Shown in pieces: positions 47,790 to 61,500 of a stretch of DNA of 64,000 nucleotides (within the stretch, counting starts at the first letter, position 1; every line of letters begins with the position of its first letter). Source of the stretch: Dicyema japonicum (taxonomy: Eukaryota; Animalia; Dicyemida); assembly GCA_011109175.1 (NCBI GenBank), contig RDEW01000032.1, forward strand, positions 527,334 to 591,333, given 5' to 3'. A model generated the notes under the pieces. The model was given only the letters and a program-made list of their open reading frames with translations, was not told the origin of the DNA and did not search any database. Position numbers and translations under genes: made by a program.

Positions 47790-48960
47790 TATAGCGGCTG
47801 ACTGTGTGGTTATTCCCTCTCAGGATAGCGAGCGAGATTCGCTCAAATAACCAGCGGCGCTCACGAGGGTCTCCTGTTTGTGTAACGATCCGATTCTTTA
47901 GACGACTGAAAATTTCATCGTCGCAAGCGCAAGGGAACCAGACGTCTCAATGGCAAGTGGAACAAACAAAAAATCGTACTTTTCCCGTTTCATCTTCTCG
48001 GCCTTCTCAGCGGCAGAACAGGCTCCGGGGAATCGGATCGCTACACAAACAGGAGACCCTCGTGAGCACTGAGTACATTGCAAGAGGCAAACGTGTCGGT
48101 GCAGGTAACGTTCCAGATAAGAGGTTTCCCGACTTCAAAAAGGAAGATTGTCATCTCATCTGGTCGTTTCCCGTCCCGCCTGCAAAGACCAACAGGTTAG
48201 AGCATGGAGGGGTGTCCGGCGGCGTCAAAGCTCGCCTAACGACTTCTTCAAGGCCATGTGTCTGGAAAATCTGCCTTATCCTGCAAGAGAGGGTGTAGCC
48301 AAAACAGCCGATCCGGTTTCCGCATCGGAACGGATGTAGAACACAGACTTTGAATCTCAGTCGCAATGAGATCCCAATATGGACGCATTCATCATCAGGA
48401 AGGTACCCAGAACTCCATTGGAAAAGGCGTTGAGCCAGGCACCGCTCTCGGAAGATGCCCCCGACAACAAACAGGCATGGCGATGTTGGCTAAATGATAC
48501 AAGCAAATCTTTGAAAGAATTCCAGCATATAACATCGTCCAAGCCTCGATGAGAGAACGAGGAAGGCAGGGAAAGCTGATAAATGCGGCTCCAAGCCTCA
48601 CGAGCATGGCCGGCGTCCTTGTCAATGGAGAATTCAGATAGAGATTGTAGAATCTAGTACAGGCCACTAGCGATTATAGGTATGAAAGGAAAGAAAGGTC
48701 CACACGGTTCCGAATCCCAAGTCCTCTGAGTCTCACTGGCAGCGTGACTTGCTTCCATGAGTAATCTTCGAACCGGACGTTGAAGATGCGTTCCGTTGTC
48801 GTACAAAAGATCTCGTTAATCTGTGCGAGTTGGTCATACTGGGTGAAATAGGGAGCAGTCCTCAGGACATACGCAAGCCTTTGTACGTTGAGACTGTTTT
48901 CAGAAGGAATAATGCTGTATGCATGTCAAGTAGACACAAGCGGTTCAGAGTCTCTCCGAG
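47790..48960 (-). mobile_element. CRE-type element 3' half
   Basis: RLAYVLRTAP, WKQVTLPVRLRGLGIR, SGAWLNAF, FVPLAIETSG, AILRGN. Confidence 0.85.
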
Positions 48961-49040
48961 TAAGAGTCGTTTTCACGTATTTATTATTTTAATTTATTGA
49001 ACCAAAAAACCACCGTCATATCCAAAATAACAAAATTCAG

Positions 49041-49120
49041 GTGATCCCAGCCTCACTCAACAGTCTCCGCATCTTTTTTCGGTGTTCCGATTGTGTTCCT
49101 GCGCATTTCCGATATAGACG
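49041..49120 (-). mobile_element. LINE 3' end, 'AGIT-stop' family
   Basis: KMRRLLSEAGIT. Confidence 0.6.
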
Positions 49121-49849
49121 GGGTGAATTTAATTATAAATTTAGTTATAAATATATCATAATTAAAAAAATCTGTAATACAAAAATCTACCTTTGTCGGG
49201 AAAAACTGCCCCAGATTATAAACTCCTTAGAAACCAAACACTCCAACAAGGTCTTCGTTGTCCCTACGTGCTTTCACTATGGCCCTCAAATCACCATTAT
49301 GAAGTAAGGAACCGTTATACACATTATTACAAATAATTTGTTTTGGGGTCGAGAACTCGGATTCTCAATAATATTTCGTCGAATTCATTTTGTTATGTCT
49401 ATGTTTCCACATAAACTCGCTATACGCTGTTTAGATTCTGACGTGCGGTTCCCAATTTTTTCCATTTAGCACTACGTAATACTTTTAGTGAGACTAGAAC
49501 CTTTCTATGGTGTGCGTATGGACATCACTAATAAAGTTATACGATGATTGACAGTCATATGAACGAAACCTATATCTTGGCGAAAGGGGTTATGGAAGTC
49601 AAACTAGGAATACCGTAAATGCTTGGAACCTTCAGCAGTAGTGGGCAGCAGTGAGACTCAAAAAGTATCCGAATTAAGTATATATTAACCACAAATTATA
49701 AATTAAAAAATAAATCAAATAATATAAGATATAATGAAGATAATAATCTAATTATTTTTTACGGAATTTCATTAAAATTAAGATTTTAGTGATCAATTTG
49801 TCTTCGTTTTGGTTGAGGTGATGACGTCTCTCTCTGGGACTATGTCTAA

Positions 49850-51620
49850 TGCACACCCTGGAGAACTCGTCCTAATGACATTCAATGAGAGAGGAATCGC
49901 GATGCAAAGGACACAACTAACGGAGGATCTCACTCGTTATGAAGTATCTGTAGTCTGCCTTCAGGAAACAATGTGAAAGGAGACTTGATGAAGTCGTGGG
50001 AGCATACTGAGTCATACTGCTAGAACCGGAATCCAGACACTGTAGACAGGGATTTGCTATTCATCGACGTTATGTCAACACGATTCACAGATTCTGGAGT
50101 GTAAGTGACAGGATCTCTGTCATTCAACTGAAGTTGGGCAAAACGCTGACTACCATTATTAATGCATATGCTCCGAATATAGGCATAGCAATGAAATGTC
50201 CAGATGAAGTTGAAAACTTCTACACGGAACTCTCGATGACCATGGACGATATTCGTGCTTCCCCCTAGTTTTTCTTGCCGGTGACTGGAACGCAAAAGTT
50301 GGAACACTTAGTACGGACGACAACTTCATTGGAACCCATAGTAGAGATAAGAGAAGTTCTACTGCACTCGCAGGATTCTGATGTACATTTGACCTACTTC
50401 TGTCCAACACCCCGCAAGGCACATGACGACTTGAGTCGGACATAGAAAAAATCGAAATGGTGAGATAGTTCCGATTTACAATAAAATTAATTATAATACT
50501 GTTAAGCGTAAATTCAAGTGCATGTTTATGGACTCGCGATCTTGTGGAGGCACTATCCTACTGAGTGATCACAAAACGGTCATATTTTGTTTTAAACTAC
50601 GAAGAAGTCAAGGAGTGATTAAGAGGAAACAAAACAAACACAACTCTGAAAGATTGGCGGTGAAAAGTCTGAACACAAATATCGCCACCCACAAGAGATA
50701 CGCCAACAAAGTGGACGTCTTCGTCTCAAAAGTAGACATGAGAGGCTCGCCAATTCAGCGGTGGGCTGCAATATCTAATGGACTTGGAAATATTGCCTGG
50801 GCATTATTGAAGGATGTCCCAAGAAGGCCACAATTGTCTATACGATGCTATCGAGAACACAAAAGAATTTGAGACTCCGGGCTGAGGAAAAAAAATCCAA
50901 AAAAGAAAGCATTATTAAAAGAAAAAAGGAACTCTATTCTACGGAATATAAATAAAAGAATACGCTTACTCAACGAAAGGACACTTGAACAGTACGCAGA
51001 GGAGGTTGAGGAACTTAATTTTGGCTCGAAAATGTTCATAGCAATCAGGCTTTTAAACAGAGCGGATAAACCTAAAGGATTGATTGTGAATGACAAGAAT
51101 GGAAGACGAATACTAGACAAAAAAGAACTTGCAGAGAATATTGCGGATCACTTGAATCGCTCTTCAGGAGTGACAACGAACGCATAACTCAATTTGTTAG
51201 ACATCCCAGATCTTTGACTAAGCCAATCACGGTGGCGGAGATACAAACCGCTCTGCAAAAGCTGAATAACAACCTGAGTCCGAACATTGATGGTATCAAC
51301 GGGGAACTTCTGAAACATTCGTCGCCCTCACTAGACATTTTTATGAAACATATGTCTCTCCCGATAGGACAGGTTATTCTGATACCTTTACAGAAACATG
51401 GGAAGACGGTTGGACCGGTAGAAAATCTGAGGCCCATAATCCTTCTAACAACTCTACGGAAACTACGCTCTCTGAATGTTCTGGAAAGGATTTCTCTATT
51501 GTTGACGAATATCTGACTCTGGGCCAGTGGTTTTAGAAGAAAAAGATCCACGGCGGATATCGTATGGACACATTGATGGATAGACAGAATTCCCCAATTC
51601 GACTGCTAGATGACTATCTT
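49850..51620 (+). mobile_element. RTE-clade LINE 5' half (APE plus RT N-terminus), decayed
   Basis: TFN.RG..VCLQET, GFAIH..FWSVSDRI, IINAYAP, AGDWNAKVG, SDHK, KLNNN.SP.IDGI.GELLK, ILIPLQK.GK..GP..NLRPIILL, SGFR..RSTADIVWTH. Confidence 0.9.
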
Positions 51621-51959
51621 CTAGGAGTATGGATATCATTCTAACATCATCAGTGTTAACAAGCCGCTCTCCTGTAGTTTAGCTTTTCTTAACTGTGTAC
51701 GAGACACTTATACGGCAATCCAGGGGGTGTTTTGATGTTTATGATATTTTACGTCAGATCCATAACTGTTAAAAATATCAGATTCCATCTTTTCACCGCT
51801 CAAGTTCCTCAATCTGTTTGTCCGCTTTCCTTTTACTCTATATTATTGAAGTTTTTTGATTTTTGTCAAAATAGTGTTACGAGCTATTTTTATGAAGAGT
51901 GCCCAAAACCAAAGTAGCGGTATTTTCGAATACGACTTCAACGCACTCCACAAATGGTT

Positions 51960-52760
51960 GCGTTATTGTCCGCATCTATTTTAATTATCTCCTCTCTGAG
52001 TTTTCGCCGTACTTTTTCATCACTAGTTTGTGGTCACTGGACGTCCCGAGGCCATTATAAGATATCGAGTTTTGTATAAGGTTTCTGTTACTCCAACACA
52101 AGATATAGTCTATTTGGTTGTGTATTTTTATCAGGTTCCCACTTTTATCCCTTCTTGAACCAACCCAAATAGTTTTATCTCTTGCTGGATGATCAAAGCA
52201 GTATTCGTTAAATAAGTTGAGGATTCGCAGAAATAGAGTAATGAAACATCAGAGGAATTTCGGCGGTTTTGAGCATGAGATCTAATATAGGTCTCCTCGT
52301 TCCTCACTTTGCCAATTCTAAGAATCCAGTCACCACCAATGAATGTCAGAAATGAAGAAAGTGATTCATGTCCTAGTGAGTAGAACAAACCAAGCTCTTT
52401 AGGGTCGGCATCAACCGGACAGCGGTCGGAGCATATCATTGATGATAGAGATGACAGAATTAGGTTTCGTTCCGAACTTGAATAGAGTGAGTTGAATACG
52501 ATCCGAGACAGTCCATACACGTGTCACAAGGTCATAAAGATCTCCGTGGACTGCATATCCAAGACCATAATGTCGACAATCATAGTCCGAAGCAATTATA
52601 TAATAATCATCAAATTTCGTAGTGGAAAATGCGGTAATTTTCGTTTTGATAAATCACGTCCAAGTTGATGTTTTTGACAGTGAACTTCAAACCTGACATA
52701 CGTCTACGACATGGAGTAACTCTTAAGATTTAACTGTTGACCATTAAGCGATGACCCTTA
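51960..52760 (-). mobile_element. RTE-clade APE endonuclease region
   Basis: GLGYAVH..VWTVSDRI, YAPT, GGDW..IGK, NQIDYILC..SY.GLGTSSDHKLV. Confidence 0.85.
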
Positions 52761-53569
52761 ATAAAATGAGAGTATACGAGTCCATAAAATTTAATATTTC
52801 CATTAATTAAAAGCATCACGTGTTTCCCATAATCACACGAATACTTAAGATTTCGTTTGTGATGTATTCCCAACCATCATTTCTACGAGCTTCTTTCGTC
52901 CAGCTTTCATCCTTGCTGAATGTTGGAATTGAAAAGGGAATAAGTAGACAGACTGAGACTACGATTGAAAAACACATCACTGGGACTTCCCGCAAAGGTA
53001 GCCATTCCCAATGGCGGCTTAAACCACCGTCGTTAATGAGTGGCTCCAATTTCACCACCATTCAAGAGGTCTAAAATGCAATTGTTCCTCAATTGAATTC
53101 GAATATAGAAATTAATTTAATTTTATTGATTTTGTAATAATTTGCCACTATGTTTTTTGCGATAATTGCTGGATATGAATAAGCTATCGATGGTACCATC
53201 AATATTAACGTAAATAGAAAGAGAAGGAATGAGCGAAATCTCATTTCCCCAAAAAGAAGATCCGAAAAAACTATAAATAAATTATTGTGGAAACCAAAAT
53301 CATCCTAATTCTTGGACATCATGTCTGAAAAGTTTACGGCTTTGTAGATATTCATTAACAAAGTTCATTTTTCCTTTTGTAGTAGTTTTGATTTAGGTTA
53401 TAGAAAATTCAATATCTTTTCCTAGTGATTGAGGAAGATCATTTGAGTAAAATGCAACTCTAATGACGTTCTCCAATCGAACAGAGAAAGTGTTAACAAG
53501 GAACTTTGAAGGATGAACGTTCTAAATGCTATCATAAAGAAGAGCCACTTTCTACCCGCAGTTTGTGTC

Positions 53570-53760
53570 AGTAAACTTAACCTACAAATTATTATGACGA
53601 CAAATGAATATGCCTGTTCTGTCTGATATGCTACTCACACTTCGACGGTCGAGCTTATAAATTTTCTCAGGCGGAAAATCATGCGGCATATTCAATCTGA
53701 CAGCATATCTATCTCAAATCTCCTCTCAGAGGCGGTGACGTTGAGAAATGACTGAGGTTT
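53570..53760 (+). mobile_element. LINE RT-thumb fragment related to 8800-9000
   Basis: DNA similarity (GAATATGCCTGTTCTG, ATCATG..GCA.AT.CAATC.GAC). Confidence 0.65.
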
Positions 53761-54089
53761 AAATAAAAAAATCTTTTTTAAGTCCCATAAAAAAAGTTGC
53801 GTCATTTAATTATTTAAACTAAATTTAATTATAAATTAAAATAATAATAATAATTCAAAAATCGCCCTTCGTTGAGAGACACTGGTCTAGATGATGCGAC
53901 CCCTGTCAATTAGGAAATGGATGTTTATTTTGAGTCATCGACCAATGAAACGGAGTATGCAGCTTCCTGCTACCAGAAGCGCTGAAAGCACCCGAATCCC
54001 AAATGAAACAGGAAGAATACTATAAAATCATATGTGAAGATAAATTTTTCAAGACTACTTAAAAATATGAATAAACAATGAGGTGCCTC

Positions 54090-54600
54090 TCTGATCGCTG
54101 GTAGATCTGAATGAAACGGAGCGTGGATTGAAGACTTCTTGATTGGAAACATTGGCTCCACATGCAGAAGTGCGGGAAGATTCTCGCGGCTCTAGTTTAA
54201 ATATTGTTGTGAACCACGAAATGTAGTCTTCTGGACGCTCTTCCATGTTGAAATCCACTGCCCTATACATAAGAGACGGAAAGTGATAGAACGAGTAATA
54301 ATCTTTCTGTCTAAGCAGGATGAATTGTTGATTTGGAATACTACATGTGTCGATTTTGCCGCCCATCAACATCATCAGGAGCGTAGTAGGACACTCTCCG
54401 TCACAAGGAAAGCAGGGAGAACTAAAAAAAGAAGCATAGAGGACTTCTCGACCAATATACCTTCTCACGATTGCTACAGAGACAACCGGAGTACCTGGTC
54501 TTCTTCAAGAAACTCTGACATATTGTTTCTTTCAGATGATAACCGCGAAACGTAATGGCTCATCCAGTTAGTCTCCATAGCGGTCCAGGGAGAAACGCCT
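54090..54600 (+). mobile_element. CRE-type C-terminal region, heavily decayed
   Basis: GAWIEDF, IWNTTCVDF, TIATETTGVPG remnants. Confidence 0.6.
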
Positions 54601-55619
54601 CATCATAAAGTTGGGAGGAATGAAAATAATTACTAACAGTTATCTGCATCATGCAAGAACATATTGTCAAAATCTCTCCTTGGTTGGCCAAGATCTTCTT
54701 AGCCTTTCTAACGAAAAGTCATCTTTAACGGATTTTACCAGTACCGTCGTCAGGTCAACTTGGAACCGGCGTTGTTCTAAACACGCTTTGCTTCCAATGA
54801 TTAAAAATACTAAAATACTTGGTTTGATATTTAATGCTTCATTTTCAAAAAATGTCGCCTATGTCTGCGAAATCTGGACCAAGGCAGGTACGTTATTTTG
54901 CCATAGCAATAAGAGCTTGACGATCATCTGCTGACAATTTATCAAACTATGAACTATACTGTCCTCTTGGGGACTACGGTTATCTAGGTTCCTCGAGAAT
55001 ACAAACAACTTAAAAATTTGCTTAGAGAATAATTACTGCAAAAGGCAGCATTCTATTATAAAATCTATATGCTAACTTTGATCGCATAAGAAGGAATAGG
55101 TCTGAACTACATTGAAAAACCATTCATCCGAAAAAACGGGCTTTATTTTTCATAAAAACTAGCACCTTGACCTCTAGTCGACAAATATCTCTGTCTTTAA
55201 ATATAAAAATCTCTAGTTGAGTCTTTCTTACCCTTAACGATTAGTGTAATTCTCTCAGAATAATTTTCTTCCTACAAAGTTAACCACGATGCTATTGTAG
55301 GGCTCTTCGTATTCTCGTGAGTTTAAAAAAACCTCCAGCGTCTTTGTACCTGAAAGACTAATCTCTGGTGCTGTTCTAAGTTACATCTTAACTACTAGAG
55401 ATGGTGATTTCTTCGAACTTGCCTATGATTTATATAGGAGACGACGTGACACATTAAATCAAGGAACACTCATGAACTTTAAATGTGGAATCCACATTTG
55501 CTAAAAATTAGTAACTTGTTTAAAACAAATTGGTGGAGTGAGTAATCAATTAAATATAAAATTATTTATATATTTAAAAATCAGCAAATTTAATAAAACA
55601 ATTTAAAACGATCCTTCTG

Positions 55620-56130
55620 GTCGTGACACTGCTAAAATTGGGAGGGAAGAGAATTGCCGTTCAGCAAATGGCAAAAAATATTGGGTCTGACTTTCGATAC
55701 GCACATGAACTTTTCGAGACACTTCACTAACGTGCTGAACAAATGTGAGAAGAAAATCAACCTTCTGAAATGCCTAACAGGTCTATGGAAAATTGGACAT
55801 CACCCTATACTTAAAACGCTCTACTCACAGTGCATCGAACAATGCATTTCATATGCGTGTACTTCATGGGGACCACTGGCCTCTTATACGAACATCCAGA
55901 AAATTTCCGCAACTCAGAAAAGGGCCTTCAAGCTAACGGAGAGATGGTATACAGGGGAAAACATTAATTTACCGACGCCCATGGAGAAACTAATCGAAAA
56001 AAACAAGAATGGACACAATGCCAAAAAGAAAGTGCTCGTCCGCAACGTACTTGTGTAGGCTCAAGGGATCAACACCGAGAAAAGAAGAGAGCTTCAATCC
56101 AAATCGTCGGGATCACTTAGTTTAGTTTTT
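55620..56130 (+). mobile_element. I-like LINE RT C-terminus, 'AGIT-stop' family
   Basis: ORF 55654-56058: KILGLTFD..F..H, LKCLTG, ISYACTSW.P, QKRAFK; GGGATCAC at 56109. A similar fragment lies at 54600-54930. Confidence 0.75.
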
Positions 56131-56454
56131 TTCGGTTTAACAGTGGTCTTTGGAATTGATTTAATTTAAAAAATGTTGCTATAACAGTGATGACTTTAAT
56201 GGAGATAATATACCATGTGCTTTCTTCGAGACATGTCGAAATCTTTTGGAAGGTTTCATAACACGTTGACAAAACAACAAAATACATGTCAAAAACAGTC
56301 TCACTTTTAAACAGCGAAATAGTTTAAAATAAAGGTTTGATTGAGGAAATTTTAAAATAACGAGCTCACATGTTTCGAGAAAAGATCCTGGCTATAGGAG
56401 ACATAACTATATTTTATAAAAAAACTGAAATTTACACAATTCTTGACTATTCGT

Positions 56455-56605
56455 AGGTCTCTTTCCTTAGAGCACTTGGGTGTCTATTGACCAAAGCCTC
56501 GAGGGAGCGTCGGGAAACCGAGTGGCTTTTCCAAAGGATATCCCTGGCAGTAGTCAGAGGTAACAGCCACTCGATCATATCCGCTGGACTCAGTAATTAA
56601 CTACT
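56455..56605 (+). mobile_element. CRE-type 3' end
   Basis: FLRALG..L..ASRERRETEWLFQRISLAVVRGNSHSI. Confidence 0.8.
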
Positions 56606-57106
56606 CATGTTTCCTAATAAATTCAAAAATTCGTAGGCAATTATTGCTATATAACATATCCAGTGAACATGAGAGACATTGTACACCAGTTCTGGAGATA
56701 TTTCAATCATTCTCTTGGTTGAGGGTTTTCCGATTATTTGAAAGAATAAATCAAAGCATATTCAATTGAAGTAGAACACAGACGCCAAATTTCTTAGAGC
56801 GAGTAGGGATCACACGATTTGTTAGTCTGGGTTTACTTGGTTCTTGAAAAATGCTTCATTTCATTTGACGAAAAAAACAATTTTCAAAAATAGCACAAGT
56901 CACCACAAGAATAATACAAGAAAAGATGAAAATAAAGATCGATGCTAACTGCATCCAATATCATAATAATCCGGCTCTTCGTCCAGTACGAGGTTGTGTG
57001 TGCTTAACGGATGAATATCGGGCGAAAATAAATATAATTTTTTTCGTCTGGACCTAGTGACCGTCGCAAACGTGACCATGGAGGATTATTTGTTCTGAAC
57101 GTCTTG

Positions 57107-57384
57107 TTACGGGTTCGGATCTCGCTGCTGTTCACCTGGTAAAAGGTTTCACGCATCTACGCTGCAGAAATGGTTTGACGAGTGACGCCGTCATCAGTGG
57201 ATACTCACTGCGGAACTGGATTGTCTAGAAAGGACACTCACACAAGAAAAAGAAAAAAGAAGTGAAGATCATTCCCTGGTTCTACGATTAGTTAAAATTA
57301 ACTGTTCTTTACTTAAATCAAGTGTGTGGCCTGCCTATGCGAGCTATAAATACTATGGCTCTCGTGAAAAGGCTTTATTATTAT
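57107..57384 (+). mobile_element. tRNA-derived SINE copy
   Basis: Begins at the B-box remnant CGGGTTCGGATCTCG; body and tail match the 7201-7465 copy; (TTA)n tail. Confidence 0.9.
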
Positions 57385-57629
57385 GACTAGTTAGTTTAGT
57401 TTTTACCAAGGTTCTTGGAAATTTTTATTAGATAAAATGCTTTAAAAAATGAAAATATAATTTTGCCCAATAATAGAAAGGTTGAGATAAAATAATAAAA
57501 GTGTTCCAAAATAAAAGAAAAATTGAAATGTGAGAATATAAAAATAACTTTGCTATTTTCTGCAATTATTAAAAAATTGATTTTAAACCATTATTATATT
57601 GGTGGACCTTTCCAAAGAGACCAGTTTTG

Positions 57630-57880
57630 GCATACCAAGATAGAGGCTATTTGGACACATTTTTCGTCTGGACCTAGTGACCGTCGCAAACGTGACCATG
57701 GAGGATTATTTGTTCTGAACGTCTTGACTTTCCGTGATCGATCAAGGGCGATTCTACCGACCGTACATAGCTAAGATCTTAAGGAACTCAAGAGACGCCT
57801 CAAAGACGGGGAAAACATCTACGGACTAATAGACGAAACAAAGAATCGCCAGAATTTGAAGAAGGAAACTAAGTCATTTG
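57630..57880 (+). mobile_element. RTE-clade 3' coding end
   Basis: LFGHIFRLD..ANVTMEDY..FRDRSRAILPTV..DL. The segment 57660-57726 is duplicated exactly at 57040-57106. Confidence 0.75.
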
Positions 57881-57959
57881 ATCTCTCGTGTTGCATATGC
57901 TTTACTACGTATGACATAAACGTCTTTTTTCAATAATCTGAATTTTTATTGATACAAAA

Positions 57960-58520
57960 TATACAAAAACTTCTAACCGAATGGACAGCAACGAGATTCG
58001 TATCATGAACTATCTGGATTTTGATCCGGAAAAAATTACACTGGTATTAAAAAAATAACGCAAAATCAATAAAGTTCGACCTCGATTTGGAACACAAAGA
58101 GTTCTAAAAACCGAGATTGTTCCAAAAATTGAGGTTTTAACCTGAAAGTTAATCTCTTCCTCATACAATAATTCTTCTATGAATTCTGATACGTTTTTAT
58201 CGCTTTGATCATTAGGATGTTTCTTTGTCCTTTTTAATGAGTGGGCCAATAACTGCTACATTTTTTAGTCTCAACTGCTAAAATAAATCGGGAACCTTTG
58301 AATCTAACAAATTAAAAGTATCTTCTTTTTCTCAAGAGTTTCAATCTTTGAACAGATGTTCCCACAAATCTCAAGTGATCTTTATCTTTTTATATTGGAG
58401 CTATTGTTCCAATGCTTGTTTGAAGTGTTGTGCTAATAATTTGTGAGAATATATTTTTTTCGATAGCGAAAAGTCATTTCAAGTTTTTTTCGGGAATTAG
58501 GCTCAATGCTACTAGGAAAT
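57960..58520 (-). mobile_element. Possible Tc1/IS630-like transposase remnant
   Basis: Only weak IPEK.N..RKKYS and NVAVIG similarity; many stops. Confidence 0.25.
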
Positions 58521-59049
58521 TGAGTCAACTTGAATCTTTATTTAAATTAAAATAAATAAGCCATTAAATAAGCCACAATTAATTAATTTTCTTCCAAAAA
58601 ATTTTTTGTATTTGTGTACATTTTTTGTATTTATATAGTTTTTTCCCAAAGGATAACAGTTATTCAACTTTTCGGAGTTGATTCTACTTATGTTCAATTG
58701 CATGAGTATATTTAATAATATAGTATTATCGTGTGCAACGATCAATTCGATAATCCAGAGGCGTATGATGCTATATTTAGTATAGACATAAGGCATTACC
58801 TGGTTCTTCTATATATCTTTAAAATAATAACTTGTGTGTGTTCGAAAGTAATATATTTAGAGGAGACAGGAGACAGACAGCACGCCGACGTAAACAACAT
58901 GTATTTAATAATGTTATTTCAGACTGCAGTGCCATTGCGGATAGGAACAATGTACTTGGCATTTGCGGAGTTTAATACTAAAATTTAAACTCACTAGATC
59001 GGTTCTTTTTTCAAGGATATATTTTATGGAATAAAATAATAATAACGAG

Positions 59050-59375
59050 TAAATTAACTAATTAAGCGTATTTTGATCCAGATTGTTGATAATCCCTCTT
59101 CTCTTAGAAGAAGAGTGTGCCATAACCTCCCTGTTACTCTGCATCTCCACATCAGATTCAGTCAAAATATCTCCGTTAGAGTCCAGTGGGCTGTCCTCAC
59201 GGCATGCCAGTTCCACAAGTTGGGAGGTAGCAAAGGCGTACTCTTCATCGTATACCCTCATCCCATGCTTATGTTCAATGAGCATACTTTCGAGCGTTCT
59301 CTTCAGCACAACCGATTGGATGTAAGTCCTCGTTGATTCTTCAATAGATAATTTATCCATATGATTCTTGAAGCA
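59050..59375 (-). mobile_element. R4/NeSL-like 3' end with an open 100-aa C-terminus
   Basis: TYIQSVVLKRTLESMLIEHKHG, homologous to the 14390 and 62554 copies. Confidence 0.75.
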
Positions 59376-59754
59376 TCTTGTAATGTTAATTAATTTAAAT
59401 TTATTATAATTTAATTAATATTTATTTCCTTTTTAGAATAAATATTAAATTAACGTAAAAACACTCAGAAATTGATGTTACACATATCCGGTCTACTATC
59501 AAGGGCGGAGGCTCCCAGAGATCTGACGGACATGTCTGTTATGGCGCACAATTCAAACTAACTTATCACATTCATGTATTAAAATATCTTATTTATATCT
59601 CATAATTGAAAAATGACAAGAGCCCGTACCCGGATGGTCTCAGTGGAGAATTCTTCAATATGGAAAACAAAAACTGCATAAAAGCAACGCTCGCATCTTA
59701 GACGAAATGTAAAGAACCTGCAGCACTTGACTATTGGTAGATTCATACCTGTCT

Positions 59755-60040
59755 TCTTACCATAGCGGCTTCGTAAGGGCAGATTGACTTTGGATGTTGC
59801 GTGGAGCCACTAGTTGATGTGCGCAATGGTCCAAAGGTTCTTTTGATGACTACCATTTTTGAGATCGACGTGTTAAAGGTGTAGACTGGGGAAATCAGAG
59901 AAATTCGTAACAAGTTAAGGCTTCCTTGATAGTGCACAGTCAGGCGAACTAAGACACTCCTAACCGACACGCACCTAGATGTGAGGATCAGGGAACCTCC
60001 TAAGACGATTCGTGACAAACTTTAGGAGTTGTCTCACTGC
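59755..60040 (+). mobile_element. RTE-clade RT fragment
   Basis: SGFRKGR..DVAWSH, RRTKTLLTDTHLDVRI. Confidence 0.65.
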
Positions 60041-60089
60041 ACAAGATCAAAAAAATCTGGTCTGCTAGTAAAGTGCTCGATGTGGATAA

Positions 60090-60210
60090 GTGTCGCCTAT
60101 ATAAGGGAACCAGACATTTGTGTAACAAACAAATATCCTCGGGTAGGGCCGCGTACTTTGCCGTTTTGACCCCTTGGTCTTCTCAGCGGCAGAACAGACT
60201 CCAGAGGTAC
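60090..60210 (-). mobile_element. CRE-type C-terminal fragment
   Basis: CSAAEK.K..KY; DNA matches the 47960-48030 region. Confidence 0.55.
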
Positions 60211-61059
60211 TTTTGAATAACCATTGGAATCATTCACTCACATTAAGACTTATTTTTGTGAATTTTTTGAAAATATAATTGTATGATCCTCGCCTATATA
60301 ACTGATGCAAAGTTGCCTTTCACGATATCAATGGAGATTAATTGGAAGAGCTATCGGGTCTAAAGCACAAGTGGTCGAGTATATCCTGGGGTTTTAAACA
60401 AAGAAATAATTGCAAGGACCACCAATGACTCTAGAAATTGTGAACTTCTCAGTATCGTCAGTTAGACTCTGATGGCAATCAACCTCCTTATGTTGGTGAC
60501 GTCAAGGCAACTAACTAACAGCTACAGAACCTGTAAATTATTATTACTTCACTTAAAGAGAATAAGACAAAGTGGACAAATCCTTAACGTGTCATTGTTA
60601 TTTACAAGATCTATGTTATGCTGCATAGAATAACGTTGACTTAAAATTGATGTCATCACGTGATTTAGAATTCTCATAGAGTTTTCCATGTTATCAATTG
60701 TGCTTTTATTAGTAGCACTTTCACGAGAGTCATAATATTTATAGCCTCGCATGTGCAGAAAAAATATAAGAGTTAGTTAGCATGCTCCAAGTTCTTCTGT
60801 TCTTAGCTAGGTCCCTCAGTGAGTCCAGATAGTCACCAGATGCCAATTTTTTTTTTCACGGCTTTCAGATCGTTTTGTAAAACGACCGGGAGGGTTGTTC
60901 TCGGTCTCCCATTGTGCTTTTAAGAGCTTTTATAAAATATTCGATAATAATATTTTTAACATTAAATATTATTTAAATTTAATTTAATTACTAGTGGGTT
61001 TGTGCCGTTAGTGATAGCGGACCAATCCATGCAGCACAGGAGTACTCGATACTCGGTAG

Positions 61060-61500
61060 ATCAAATCTAACGATGGCCGGGAAGATATTGAGTAGTGCGC
61101 TAAGTTTTGAGAATTCCAATTTTCTTTTGCATCCTGCGGTTACCAGGTCCACTTGATGAGTGAATGAAAGAAGAGGATCCAGGATAACCTCAAGGATTGA
61201 AAACGTTTAACTGCAATCACGAGATCATTCGCATACGATGAAAGAATTGAGTTTTTAGTGGATCGGGATGGGAACTCACTGAGGAACATGTTGAATAGCA
61301 TTGGTGACAACAATTATCTTGTGGAACTCCATTGGAAGGTATCGCGGTTTTGCTTTTTGGTTGTTTGCCACCACTTGGCCCATTCAACCGTTGATGAAAT
61401 TACGAGAAGAAACCTTCCCCGTTGTGTAGATTAATCCTAGACTCAAACCTAACCGCAGGAAAAGGACTGGTATGGACACCAGAATCGCTTAATTAGACGA
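61060..61500 (-). mobile_element. I/Nimb-like RT core fragment
   Basis: NGVPQDNCLSPMLFNMFLSEFP..SSYAND. Confidence 0.75.

Noticed and set aside
52800-53060. hAT C-terminal dimerisation domain
   Set aside because: Only a vague pattern match, with the S...ER.FS core incomplete.
57040-57726. 67-bp direct repeat as an unusually long TSD
   Set aside because: The target's native upstream sequence lies between the repeats, which is incompatible with a TSD. It is reported as a templated copy instead.
58600-58990. Ion-channel-like transmembrane remnant (ORF 58731-58988)
   Set aside because: The resemblance to S1/S2 segments is loose and there is no clear S4 arginine repeat; it needs an HMM search before any call.
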